A stretch of 63,878 nt of DNA, filler included, from Phoronis australis (Eukaryota; Animalia; Phoronida): NCBI GenBank assembly GCA_002633005.1. It is 6 parts of 6 records of this genome, joined end to end, with 100 filler letters (N's around TTAATTAATTAA, not from the genome) between each part and the next. Parts side by side here need not be neighbours in the genome. Positions count along the whole stretch, not along the records: positions 45,458 to 54,810 come from NMRA01001826.1; positions 54,911 to 57,715 come from NMRA01000365.1; positions 57,816 to 61,363 come from NMRA01000303.1; positions 61,464 to 63,878 come from NMRA01000172.1; 2 more parts are not named here. The stretch is one strand, 5' to 3'. Positions 51,493 to 63,415 of the stretch are shown piece by piece. The stretch's first letter is position 1. Each line of letters opens with the position of its first letter. A program made the position numbers and the translations under genes. The notes below the pieces were generated by a model. It was not told where the DNA came from. It ran no database searches and saw nothing but the letters and a program-made list of their open reading frames with translations.

Positions 51493-52239
51493 TTAAAGCT
51501 AACAGGTAACGCGACACGTAAAAACAAGTTACGTGATGCTTTACGTCCGTTCGTTATAGTACTCCCGAATACTGAGCTGTGAGCCCGAGGATGATTTGAC
51601 CACTTTTTGTTCATAGAATTTTGTCACAAATATCCCTGATAAAGACAAAACCATATTTTTTTAAAGATTTTTCTCAATGATGCTGAATTACAACCTGTGC
51701 AAGAGCTTGTCTATATTAGAAACAATCATAGCTAAATTAGTGTTCAGTTTATACATGCACATTTTGTTGAGTACGGTCGCGGTAATTTAGTGGCCAGGTG
51801 TACATATAGGCATTTAATCGCGGTGCTATAACATTTAACTTGGTTGTCATGCTATATGGTTAACAGTTCTGTCTGTATTCTAACCATGACAACATTTTTG
51901 CTTGTGTGGTAAAAATTAATTTCCCCGGCGTCCTACACACTCCGCGCAAAGTTAAGAAAAAAAACATATCACGGCCAAGGTCTCTGCAGAAAGTGTGCAA
52001 CTTATAAGTTAAATATGGGATTTGCGTCTTTAACGAATCGTTATCAGCTGAACCACAATAACGCTTAGACACTCTCTCATTCACAAACAAAGACCCTCAT
52101 GTTTAGGGTTATCTTCACAAGTCGCGTCAAATCAGTACGAGTAGCGCCACCTTTTAGCGGCAAAGCTCTTGGTCGAGTGGGTCTGTGTTCTCCCAGGACA
52201 CAGATTGGCCACCTCATAGCAATAATTCTGTTTTACTCT

Positions 52240-53000
52240 TAATTCCACTGTTGATGTACGCTGAATAACTGCAACACATTTATTACCTCACTGAGTATCA
52301 ACTCACGTGACTTTCCAAATGAGGAAGTCAATACAGCCAGGAACGTGACCGTGTCTACGTCGGGGGGAACCGACGGGGAAGGAATTGAAGTCCCACTTGT
52401 TTTCCCGTTTTCGAGAACTACTTTGGGGTGGCAGGTCAATTATGAAGTGAAGGCTGGCGAGTTACATAATGAAACTATTCATTGAAATGAGCCTATATCG
52501 TAGGACCATGATGACATGTGCTATTACTCCCAGCTATAACAAAAGCCAGCACACTGTGCCCGATGATGAGAGTGTCACTAGCCGACAATGCCCGCCAAAT
52601 TCTTTTATCTTTTGTGCCGGAACACGAATGCCCAATGACAAAATGTTCAAGTGTGAAAAACTTGCTGCTTCGGCATGCGACAGTTGGGAGTCCCCTTGAT
52701 CTCCACTCCGCCAGGATTAAATGGGCGTTCAAGTCGTTATATTTGCCCACGTATATCTTACGTAACCACAGACAATGTCATCGACAACCTTTCTAAACAC
52801 CCTTAAGAAACTCCCATCCAATGTCTCTTCAATCTGTGCTCACTAATGTAAACACGAATGAATAGCCCGGGCGTGTATGTGGATTGGCCGCTGGTGAGCT
52901 TGGTCGATACTAATATAGAAGGTCGATTGACTATTCAATATTGACTGCTCGAGATTAAACGAGCACGCACGTACATTCGTATATCGATAATCTGTGGGAA
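52240..53000 (-). pseudogene. Possible heavily decayed Mab21/cGAS-like nucleotidyltransferase sequence
   Basis: Colinear weak motifs IDIRM...PGY...AEWRSR...HFVIGHSCS...IWRALSASDTLI; judged by eye only. Confidence 0.25.
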
Positions 53001-54204
53001 GAATGGTCAATATAAGGTAAGTTTACTGTGTTGATGTGATCATTACGGAAATAGGAGGTTAATGTGATGACAAAGAAAGAAAAGGCTACGGTGGTTTGGG
53101 CCTCCCAGGTGTGTGACAGTCGCTTTTCGTATTACATACATTAAATTTGTATTACTTTGTATCCAATGGTAATAACGATCGCTGAACGTGTTCAGGTATT
53201 CTGTGTTCAGGTACAAGTTTGAAGATTTATGTTCAGTGGCCTTCTGGATGCACAACCATTAGCGGATCGGGGTACAGTCGAATACATGAGCGCTAGAGTT
53301 CAGTTACAGGATGTGGCCCGCACCGGCGTAGCAAAAAGTATTCAACAGAACTCGCAAACGAAGCTTGCTGGCGAACGGTGTGAGGCAGTGAAATGAGTTG
53401 GGGACATGCGGAGTCAACGAACGTGTAGAGCACTTGTTAACTGAAATGAATGGTATGGGTGCGTTTTTGCAATGAACAAGATCCTTTGTCTCCTCGTGCT
53501 CTTCGAGTACAGCAATACTAGTACCGGTATATTGTTATCGCCCACTACATAAGTGGATGTGCTCCAGGCACGCAATTGCGGTCGTGTCTGGTACCCTCTG
53601 CGAAGCGATTTTAGACATCGTTCTCTTCAAATTACGGTTATTTAAAAAATGGACTCTTATTTTTGCTATACCAAAGCACGACCTTGTATCTCAAGCCCAG
53701 GGATTTGTTTTTCAAGAAGATTTTCTGTCTTTTGGATTTGGCTTTTAGTTTGCTCCGGAGCAGGCTACAGATTTCTGTCGTTTTACTTCCGAGTTGTATA
53801 GACAGATGCTCGGACTGTTAGCGTTTGCTTGATTTCGTGGAACAGATTGAACTATCCGTGGGCAAATGTTTAGTCAAAAGACAATAGACTGAGTCTCCGA
53901 AAAACAGCCCACAGAGGTTAAAATGTATTGAGTGATCGACTGTTTGAACGATCAGAGAGCTTCCCTGGGAGATCCCCGTGTCTGAACAAAACACGTGTGG
54001 TCTCTGCGTCGCACAGATTTTTGATCCGCGTATTTGCATTCTGCATTGACATAAGTCAATTCTGATGATATCCGCCCGTTGACAATTTATTAAATCTATT
54101 TCTCCTCTTTATAAAGTAGTAAAACGGAGCAGGGAAAAGGTGTTTAAACATAGGCGAATCCAGGGTGTCCGGGTCCCCCCTTTTCCGTTTTCGAAATCGT
54201 GCTG

Positions 54205-54810
54205 TAACAAAAATTTAAGAAAGGCAAAGAGTGACTATTACTCTTCACTGATCAGCAGCAATCTCAAAAATCCCAAAATGTTATGGAAAGTCATCCGACA
54301 AGTTGCTCCTAAAGAAAAATCGTCATCACCTTCCATGCTGAAGATTGATGAGAACTGTGTTCATGACTAAATTCAGATTGCCAATAATTTTAACAATTTT
54401 TTTACTGACTTGTGATCTTAAAGATACAAACTCCACTCATAGTGATCTGATTGACTTCGTTTGTTTCAAAGCAGAAAATGTCATAGGTCATGATATTCCT
54501 CTGGTCACCATGGAGTTTGTAAACAAGTTTTTAAATAGTCTAAATTTGAATAAAGCCACTGGTACGGATGATGTCAGCTCCAAATTATTGAAAGTAGCTC
54601 ATGAGGAGCTGACACCATCCATCACCTATCTTTTAAACCATAGTATTAAAACTTCCAAGTTTCCTAGTTTGTGGCAACTTGCAAAAGTATCCCCTTTACA
54701 CAAAGGCGGTGCTACTGACAATGTAAACAATTACAGACCAATTTGAATTGGAGAAGCATGTTCACAATAGGCCTACCCTTTATTCATTTTTGACTGAGCA
54801 TGACTTATTA
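54205..54810 (+). mobile_element. CR1/Crack-type LINE ORF2 fragment (pre-RT region and RT start)
   Basis: KAKSDYY...PKMLWKVI...IANNFNNFF...KATGTDDVSSKLLK...FPSLWQLAKVSPLHKGG..DNVNNYRPI. Confidence 0.92.
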
Positions 54811-54910
54811 NNNNNNNNNNNNNNNNNNNNNNNNNNNNNNNNNNNNNNNNNNNNTTAATTAATTAANNNNNNNNNNNNNNNNNNNNNNNNNNNNNNNNNN
54901 NNNNNNNNNN

Positions 54911-57340
54911 TGTATTGTGTTGTATTGCTCATGGTACGGGTTCAGACTCTGTTGTATTAAGATTCCAATCCCCAACCCTGTAATATGTAGTTTGAGTAAA
55001 ATTTCTAGACAATGCAGGTTTATGGATTTGTTCTCCTTCAAATGAAGAGTAAAAATCAAATTCTGCACAGGTTTTTTAAAAGTAATGACTTATTGGAAGA
55101 TCACTCATCTAAAAAATAAAACAATGTTTGACAATTTTATTCAATGCATTATCTTATTTGAAAATTGCCTACCTTACAGACAACTCATCTAAGTTGAAAA
55201 TATTCCTTGTGAAAAAATATAAAATACCAACCAGAGACTTGTGTACTACAAAATATGTTTTCGTAATACAATGCAAAGATAACTGTACAATCAAAAGTGC
55301 AAATGTTATGACTGTAATAAAAAATTGCCTTCTAGATCTTTTCAACACTCAATTGCTACAGGACAGAGTCAACCACACAAAGCTCTAAAGTCAGGGAATT
55401 ACATTTAAGGTGATGTAGTCTCACTGCGAAAAATTGATTTCGCAATATCGCTGACAACACTGGAAATCTCTTCTAGACTAATAGTGCGCGATTTTATACA
55501 CACAGCATGGTCTCAAGGAATAGCAAACTGTCAATTCGCTACAATTCCAGAAATCACTTCCCATCTGGATAAGGAACAAAGTGAGAAAAGTTTATAGAGG
55601 TAAATGGTCTAAATCAAAACTTATTACCTCCTGGACAGAATATGGGTTTACAACCCAGGCAGNNNNNNNNNNNNNNNNNNNNNNNNNNNNNNNNNNNNNN
55701 NNNNNNNNNNNNNNNNNNNNNNNNNNNNNNNNNNNNNNNNNNNNNNNNNNNNNNNNNNNNNNNNNNNNNNNNNNNNNNNNNNNNNNNNNNNNNNNNNNNN
55801 NNNNNNNNNNNNNNNNNNNNNNNNNNNNNNNNNNNNNNNNNNNNNNNNNNNNNNNNNNNNNNNNNNNNNNNNNNNNNNNNNNNNNNNNNNNNNNNNNNNN
55901 NNNNNNNNNNNNAACTCAGTCTTAGACTAGGTAAATTTTAGACTTGTGCTGTTCACACAAGCAGTTCTGGTGCAAACAAAGCTTGCGAAAACACACAAGC
56001 CTACTTCCCTACAAAGCTGTGCTGATACAATAATGCCCCCACTGGATTTAGCAGATCAGCCAGAGTATTTACAGGTCCAGCCACTGTACTGTTTCCTCCC
56101 ATTGAATTTTTACAATGCTACATCCTTGACAATCGCAGATTGCCTCTATGCATACTCCACTTCCTCTGTCCCAGTTTCCCCACATTTGTTGAGGGTGGCC
56201 TATCTCAACAAATTACTTTGGACCTGTTGTGGTATAAGTCAGTAATCTTTGGCAAATACTTTTTCCCCAACTCGTTCCTCAAGCTACAAATTCTCTTTGA
56301 CATATCTTCTGGGAGTAGACTTTCCGGCCTCTCTCTAGCCCCCTCACTTAGTTATCCAGAAGGGTATCTTCTTGCTGGTTGTGAAATTTTCCATACCCAA
56401 CCTTTACTAATAATCGGCAAGTCTCCAACTTCAGCAGAAGCCACTTCTTCAGCATAAGCCTTTCCTGATTCCTAAAACTGTATTAATGAAAAATTAAACA
56501 TATTAAATTTAATGTGGCCATTTCGGCTCACAAAATATGAATACCAAGCTAAAATAAGTGAAGGCACCAATATTTTTGACGGCTTTAGCATGTTTAATTA
56601 ACTTCATAATCGCAGAAAATCATTGGTAGACAAAACATACTCCCTAGTCTCTAAAAGTATTTCATGGGCAGAAGTCATGTTACACATTTGGTGGTTGTTA
56701 TGAAAAGTTATGATGACAACCTTATTTTCTATGCCAACGTATACATGTAGTTGCATAAACATCAACACATTTGGATAAGATATGATTAAGCAATAAGGCC
56801 CAAGTTATAAGCAATCACGGTGTGTCAATAAAAGTATTTTTGCATGAATGACGGGCTTTTAAAAATATTCCTCAGGGTCAGACCCTGGAGTTTAGTGATT
56901 CCTACCTGAGCTCACACGAAGCAGGACGTTGAACCTTGACTTTAAACGTCTTTGGTAATTTTTCAGACCTCTATCAGAGTTCTCCTCTAGTGTGCAGTGG
57001 ATGTTCTAAGTGTCTTTGGCCACGCCAACATATCTCGAGTGTTGTAACGATGATTCGGGCAAGTGAACCTAATACGGTAGATTATGTAGCTCCTGCTGCA
57101 CACAGTGCCTCCGAGGCAGACACTGAGACAGACTACTCAGGAGGACACATTCCACCTCCACATCAGCTCCACGTACTCTTATAAGGTGATCAAATGTCTC
57201 GCTTTATACCTTGTGTATTTCTCTAGAGTTTCCAAAGTTGTTTCTCCCCGCAATTTGTAGAAATACCACATTCGATGCGACTGGCAGTGCCAGATAAATA
57301 GATAAATTCGCAAACCCGCACTTTAGGTCAGCCATCATTC
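54911..57340 (-). mobile_element. Sola3-like element copy 3, internal part bounded by gaps
   Basis: 54911-56445 is homologous to 34520-34984 plus 36699-38135; 56906-57300 encodes CGISTNCGEKQLWKL..HLIRV..ECVLL..RFTCPNHRY..WR..HPLH, a Sola3-type N-terminus. Confidence 0.7.
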
Positions 57341-57837
57341 AACTAACGCATTGTAAGCTTTAGTTTGGTATTCAGACGAATTGGATGAACAAATTTAGTA
57401 TAATTTCATTATTTATTGGGAAATGCCAGTGTCCTTAAAATTAATTAAAAACATTTAAGCAAACCAATTGTTTCAATTGTTGTTTTATACCACGGCATAT
57501 TAATGCGTAGAAACGGCGCACAACTAGTGACTGGTTTAACATGACAAATACACATACGCGGTCTGAAAATAGTGAAATTCAGACACCTATTACCAAGCCT
57601 GCCTGAAGCGCTGACAAAGTTTTTATTGTATTAATTTCAAGGGCATGGAGTCTTCTACATGTCCATGTTATTATTTTTAGTTTTCTTGCGGGGGCAGCTT
57701 CGCTATAAGGGTACANNNNNNNNNNNNNNNNNNNNNNNNNNNNNNNNNNNNNNNNNNNNTTAATTAATTAANNNNNNNNNNNNNNNNNNNNNNNNNNNNN
57801 NNNNNNNNNNNNNNNATTGTAGATGCAGTGTGGAGGC

Positions 57838-58000
57838 CTATATTAAATTATAGCAGGAACATGGCATATATTAAATAGCATGAAGATGACCTATATTCAG
57901 TAGTAGCAGCAAGATAACATATTAAATAATAGCAAGATGACCTATATTAAATAGTAGCAAGTAGATGGCCTACAATAAATAGTAGAAAGCAGATGGCCCG
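57838..58000. repeat. Degenerate tandem repeat of about 30 bp
   Basis: Recurring TATTAAATAGTAGCAAGATGACC-like unit. Confidence 0.7.
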
Positions 58001-58657
58001 TGTAATACAGCAGTAGGACAATAGCCTGGTAGGATCTTGAACTATTGATTTACTGGTGTTCACTGCCTCAATTGCCTTTTCAGATTTTCAGCAGATTTTT
58101 TGAAGAAATGCTTAAATTCCATAGCATCTGAAAATCTGTACGTTGTGATTTTAGGCTTTAAAAGTACATGGCGCATTAATAAATCGATAACAGTTAGCAG
58201 CCCTCATAACCTATTTGCCTTCCTGTTTCCTACAATAGTGAGCTGTATCTCAGGGAGATTGCAGGTCACCACCAGTACACTGGCCAATGAAGCCACTCAA
58301 GAGAATGGAAACACAAGATGAAATGTTTACCCACCGCCACCCCAGTGTTGGTGTTATTGATAGTTTGACAGTGGTTACTTATCAGTTGCGAGGTGTCCCC
58401 CACATATCAACCCAATGGGAACCTTCGGATATGAATAAGGTAAACAACCCCTGAAAATTCATAGCTACACTTAACAGAAACCTGTAGCATGCCACCAATG
58501 TGAAAAAGATAGCTATCAGAAATGGCATGGTTGCAAGTAATGCATCTCGCTTTATCACAGGGTTATCTCCTGGTTCAAGTGGTGAGAAATACTGATAGCA
58601 GGAGTGCATACCAGACGCAGTAGAGATCAGCTACTACAGTAAATATATTTTACTTAC

Positions 58658-58788
58658 TGAAAACTTTCAGCCAGGTGGCAGGACTACTGATTTCACCAGC
58701 TGTATTCTTGGCAAAACACTGGTAAATTCCTGCCTGGTCTGAACTGGTTAGTACAGCTCGTAGTGAGTTGTTGGCTAACTGGCTGTAC
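58658..58788 (-). CDS. Immunoglobulin-domain exon (second half of an I-set-like domain) of an IgSF adhesion/receptor gene
   Basis: tttcag|...|gtaagt, 131 bp, phase 2-1; YSQLANNSL...DQAGIYQCFAKNTAGEISSPATWLKV has the G-x-Y-x-C-x-A-x-N-x-x-G motif. Confidence 0.85.
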
Positions 58789-59095
58789 CTGAAAATGTCA
58801 ACAATGAAGTACTGATATACTGTGCAACTAACAGTAAGTTGTTGACTTACTGTCTGTACCCGAACATAGCAACGATAAGCTACCACTAGACTGGTAAGAC
58901 ATGATCCTCCAAGGTCAGGTGCTTTGACTTCAGACTGACAAGAGTGGAAGTCCTTGTCAGCTGCCATACAAGAAGTCTCAACTATCACTGAAAGCGTTAT
59001 AGCTTAAACTAACAAGGTAATTTGACACTTATTTGGTAAATTTACCTCATTTAGTACACCAAAAATTATTTTCACGAAAACAACAACGGATTTAA

Positions 59096-59143
59096 AACTT
59101 GACATGTTTCGGTGTCATTTATTAAACACCATCCTCAGAAGTC
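59096..59143 (-). ncRNA. Minimal type-I hammerhead ribozyme (Penelope-like element type)
   Basis: Minus strand GACUU-CUGAGGA-U-GGUGU(loop)ACACC-GAAA-CAUG-UC-AAGUU: intact core, stems I and II, and a palindromic ACAUGU stem III. Confidence 0.75.
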
Positions 59144-59368
59144 ATAATACAGTGGCCACCTAGCTAGGCCCAGCAACAAGTAATGAAGCACAGATACAGT
59201 CAGTTACAGGGAGTGACAATGAACTATACCAACAATGACAACCTGTGGTGTGTCAGTTGCNGTTGCCGTGGCGTTGTAACGCCATTGTTGTAACGGAAAA
59301 TAGAAACGGCGCCATTTTCCTTCGTTACACATCTGTGACGTGGTGTTGGGGAACACAAAGAAAACAAT

Positions 59369-59634
59369 ATGGATCCCAGTGAGTACAGCAGCGTAGATGA
59401 AGAATATTTTGAAAGATACAGGGAGGGTCAGGTGGAGTTTTCAGACGTTTCGGATGTGGAGGAGGAGGCGACAGACCCCATAGGAACAATTTGTGCTCAC
59501 ACCTTCTCTCTAGTAGAACCGTTTTCCCTCGATCCCCTTGCTCCTGTTGTCGACGATCCAGCCCCAGCCGGTTCGTGCAGTGAATATCAACGGGCAGAAG
59601 GTGCGCAGGAGTTGCGACAGAATGTAAGTGACTG
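59369..59634 (+). CDS. P2X7-ballast/KolX-like gene, exon 1 (acidic N-terminus, EPFSLDP...R.NVSDW)
   Basis: ATG at 59369; donor TG|gtaaga (phase 2) joins to G-TGC-ACG-TGT to give the conserved W-C-x-C. Confidence 0.85.
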
Positions 59635-59854
59635 GTAAGAATATTATAAATATGCATCATACTACCGCGAATTACTACTTGGTCTTTTTTAATTTTAAGT
59701 TCAGTAGCTTTACCGGTCACTCCCAGGCGCTCTCGTCCCCACTGATGAATCATTTTTCAGCCGTGGATAAGCACCAGTTTCAGTGATAAAAAATGGGACT
59801 CGTTGCACTTACGCAAATCACTCAACAGTGTGTGGTCTTTGATTATTTGTAGAC

Positions 59855-60000
59855 AGTGGCGCGTTGGTTTGGGCCCCGGACTCTTGTTTGTGAGACTCGG
59901 GTTCAAATCCTGGCTTTCACTGGCAGACAATTGGGCATTGTACGAAGTTGTCTCCTACTCCTCTGAGCTCAGTCTTACTAGTGAGTGAATAAATGTATGC
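59855..60000 (+). mobile_element. tRNA-derived SINE in an intron
   Basis: A-box TGGCGCGTTGG and B-box GGTTCAAATCC. Confidence 0.6.
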
Positions 60001-60756
60001 ATGGGAAAGAATGGGAACCACCTCCCAATACTCAACTGTGTAGTGTAAACAAGAGAAAAAAAGAATTGCAATTTTGCAACTTAGACTTTCTTACCTGGGG
60101 GCCGGAGGGAATTCCATGGGTTATAAAACAGGTCACTTCATTTTCATACTCTAAGGCCAAGTCAACTTGGACCCAGAGCAATGTACACACGTTTTTCTAA
60201 CCAGGTTTAGTTTGTGTAAGTAAATGCTTTCATGCCTATGTACCTAATGTTGCTGTTATTTGTGAAAATTGGTACATGGCTTGGGTGCGAGTTGACTTGG
60301 GAAGGAACCGGCTGGTAAAGTTTCTAAAGAGTATAGAAGCCATCGGATATGGAGAAGTTTTTAAAAATGTTTACTGTAATATTCACGATTATTAACAAAA
60401 CAGACTCCTCCATCAATGAATCAGGTGTCAGCAAATCAAACTAAGTATGTCCATTCCTATATATATATCCCCCAGGCATGATCTGCCACTGCCCTGGGTG
60501 TGGCAGTATTCATTTGTATGAAAAGTAAATATCTTTACTATTTATGTGATGTTCCAAAGCTTGTTTTTTGGAATTTAGTTTCATTTTTGTTCTGTTTTAA
60601 ACAGGTCGCTGCTCAACAATCAGTCTTCTCGAAAACTGAGGTAATTGCAAACCCTCAATTAATTTGGCCGAGACACTCTTGGTAAATCTGTAATTTTTTC
60701 AATTCGACATTTTGATGTTTACCAAAGTAATGTATACATATTGTCATATCTTGCAG

Positions 60757-61164
60757 GTGCACGTGTGACAACTGTCAGACTACTGCAGTCATTGGAGAAA
60801 GAGTATGTTGTCAAGAGGTCAACAAGGTTATTGCTAAACTTGAGGACGAAATGAAGAGGGACAACTTGAACGGAAGAAAAAATGTATCGTGGACCATGGA
60901 AGTTTTCAACCTGTGTGCATCAATCGTGATGTTTTGGAGACTGCATGGCTGCAGTATAAAAGCCAATATCCGGATGGCTATGACGGACCCTTTGATAAAA
61001 GGATGCGACACATAGCCTACAGACAGTTCCAAAGATGGGTGCATGGTCACTTTGGACGAACTGTCCGTGTTGTAATTCCAGCATGCGCAGTAGCCTGCAT
61101 CAGAGCTTTTTACCCTCCACCAGGAAATGAGGAGGACTTTGAGTTTCAAGGGTTTTCTTATTAG
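60757..61164 (+). CDS. P2X7 C-terminal ballast (nanor/KolX-like) domain, exon 2; one frameshift in an A6 run near 60877-60882
   Basis: WCTCDNC...VCCQEV...CIVDHGSFQPVCINRDVL...RHIAYRQFQRWVHGHFGRTVRVVIPACAVACIRAFYP...FQGF. Confidence 0.9.
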
Positions 61165-63415
61165 TTTCATTTATGTTTATATATATATCGAGTTGTCTTA
61201 TCCCTGGAATGCCAACTCCAGCTAATTACCTAAGTACTCTATTACCAAAAATTGTGACTCGGGGAGTAGTCTTATCTACTTTGGACTAGTTGAAATAAGT
61301 GACAAGTTCCATAGAGAGAACAAATATCCTAACAAACGAATGCAATCACAGCGCAATCTCAGTNNNNNNNNNNNNNNNNNNNNNNNNNNNNNNNNNNNNN
61401 NNNNNNNTTAATTAATTAANNNNNNNNNNNNNNNNNNNNNNNNNNNNNNNNNNNNNNNNNNNNCAATGAGAGATGGTGGCAATAAACCGCTGCACACTAG
61501 TCTGTAACAAAATGTTTACTTAGTGAAAGCAACTATTTTTATACAATGCCATAGTGAAATCATAGATTTTGAATTGAGCCTGGCGATACACTGAACAAGA
61601 CAAGCAAAATTTGGTGATTTGTTTATTTACAAGGATAAGTAGCTACACTGCATAAGCAATAGGATTGGTGTCTGACCACTTAAAGGGGCACTCGTTCTTG
61701 TTTACTGTCTAACCACGAAAATGAGGATGTAAGGCAAGTACATCAGTCACAATGAATTCAAAATTTGTCACGATAACAAATAATTTCTATTAACAATTAT
61801 AGGAGCTGAGAAATCACCAGTGACTGGGTTTAAGAGGTCCAATTATGAAAGAGCAAGTTAGCTATTTCAAAAGTGACTTTCCGACCTGCTTATGATCTGA
61901 ATGACCTATGTGGAGGTAAAGTTCCATTATGTTTTAAAATTTGATAAGCTCTGGCACAAATTAAATAATACAGAATGTTTGTGAAGCACGTATTAAACAT
62001 GAGAGATTTAAAGTCCTTGTCTCAAAATGCCAATGTGGTTCCAGTATCCAAAAATACTTACTAAATAAAATCTTATTTTCGATACCCTTTCGTTATATTC
62101 TTTTCTTCTTTCTTGCCAAAAGCGATTTTTAACAGTATTTGACCCTTCTCTGCCAGTGTATAATTACCGGCAATCATCGGTTATTTCCGTACCCACATTT
62201 CCGTCTTGGCAGTTCAGGAACTTGTCCTGAACGCCGCCATTTTTCCTAATTTGTAATTGAAGGTGCCATCGCTTGCTCGAAAAGTCTTCATTATTTGTTT
62301 TATTAGTAATATCTCGTGATTCATTGGGGGGAGTAGTGTATTTATAGTATGAGTTAGTGTTCGTTGAATTTTTTTTGAATGTTACTTTCGTTTATCATGT
62401 TTAAATAGCAATGGTGTTTAGTTCCTGTTATTTTGGGCGGTCGAACCAAATTTTTTTCGTTTTAAATTTTTTTTGGTTTTGAAAAAGTACTTTGCTATCA
62501 TCGGAAAGGTAGTGTATTGTATTCGGTAAAAATCGGAAAAGTATCAAAATGGAGGCAAGCAGTGTAAAGTTATTACAATTTTTGTGTCGAAATTTGGGCT
62601 ACTTTGTTTGGGTAGTGTCGGCCATATTGGAGGACAGCGGGATAAGTTGCGTGCGAGTTTAAAACTTTGTGTAAAATGCTTTCGCCAACAATTTACGGTG
62701 AAATTTAGTGCGACATATCTTTCCTTACTATTCTGCACGATTCAACAGTTTTCACCAAATTTCAGCGCCGCAGTTGTTACTTATTAAGTGATAAATGTGC
62801 TCACAATTCCCGTTGGACCGTTGGTCTCATTTCTGGCGGCACCCACAACATGGCGACTTTTGCTGAACTGGAAGGCATGTTCAACCTGTTGCTTTGTAAT
62901 TTGTGAAGATTTAACGTTGACACATTTTGACAAACGTTGCTACAAAAAAGGGACTTTGTTCAATTTTCCTGTTTCTGTGCAAAAAATATAAGATATATTC
63001 GAATTATTTTACTGTGAATTTCCCATTGAGGTGATCTTACACCAAGCTAAAAAATAGTGGAAATAATTTTGAATTTTTTTTGTTTGACTGTCAATTGCTG
63101 TTCAAGGCTTGATTAGGTGTCACAGATAGATTCACATTTTTCTAAATTTTAAGTCCAAATTGATTTCAAGTCATGTTTTGTAACTTATTGCTTTCTTAAT
63201 TCAGGTAATCAAGTCAACAGTATGCAGAATCTTAATTAGAGAAATAAGCTACATTGTATTGTGAAGCTTCAAGCCTCCAATTCTTGTTCCTTGCAACTTC
63301 ATATTTTTTTAAATCATGCGTGCCAAATTCTGGTGTAAGGAAACACTATTCGGTCACCATGGTAAAATAGATACATGTATGTCCATTTCCATATCATAGA
63401 AACTTGTGCTGTTGA

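Noticed and set aside
56936-57184. Plus-strand ORF as a terminal exon with a CxxCxxC motif
   Set aside because: Better explained as the antisense of the minus-strand Sola3-like N-terminal exon.
59855-59925. Functional tRNA genes here and at 7556 and 38422
   Set aside because: A and B boxes are present but no complete cloverleaf can be folded; treated as SINE heads.
61680-61700. TTAA-AGGGGCAC as the TIR of the KolX-bearing Kolobok
   Set aside because: It points away from the KolX-like gene, lies beyond a gap, and no matching inverted end was found.
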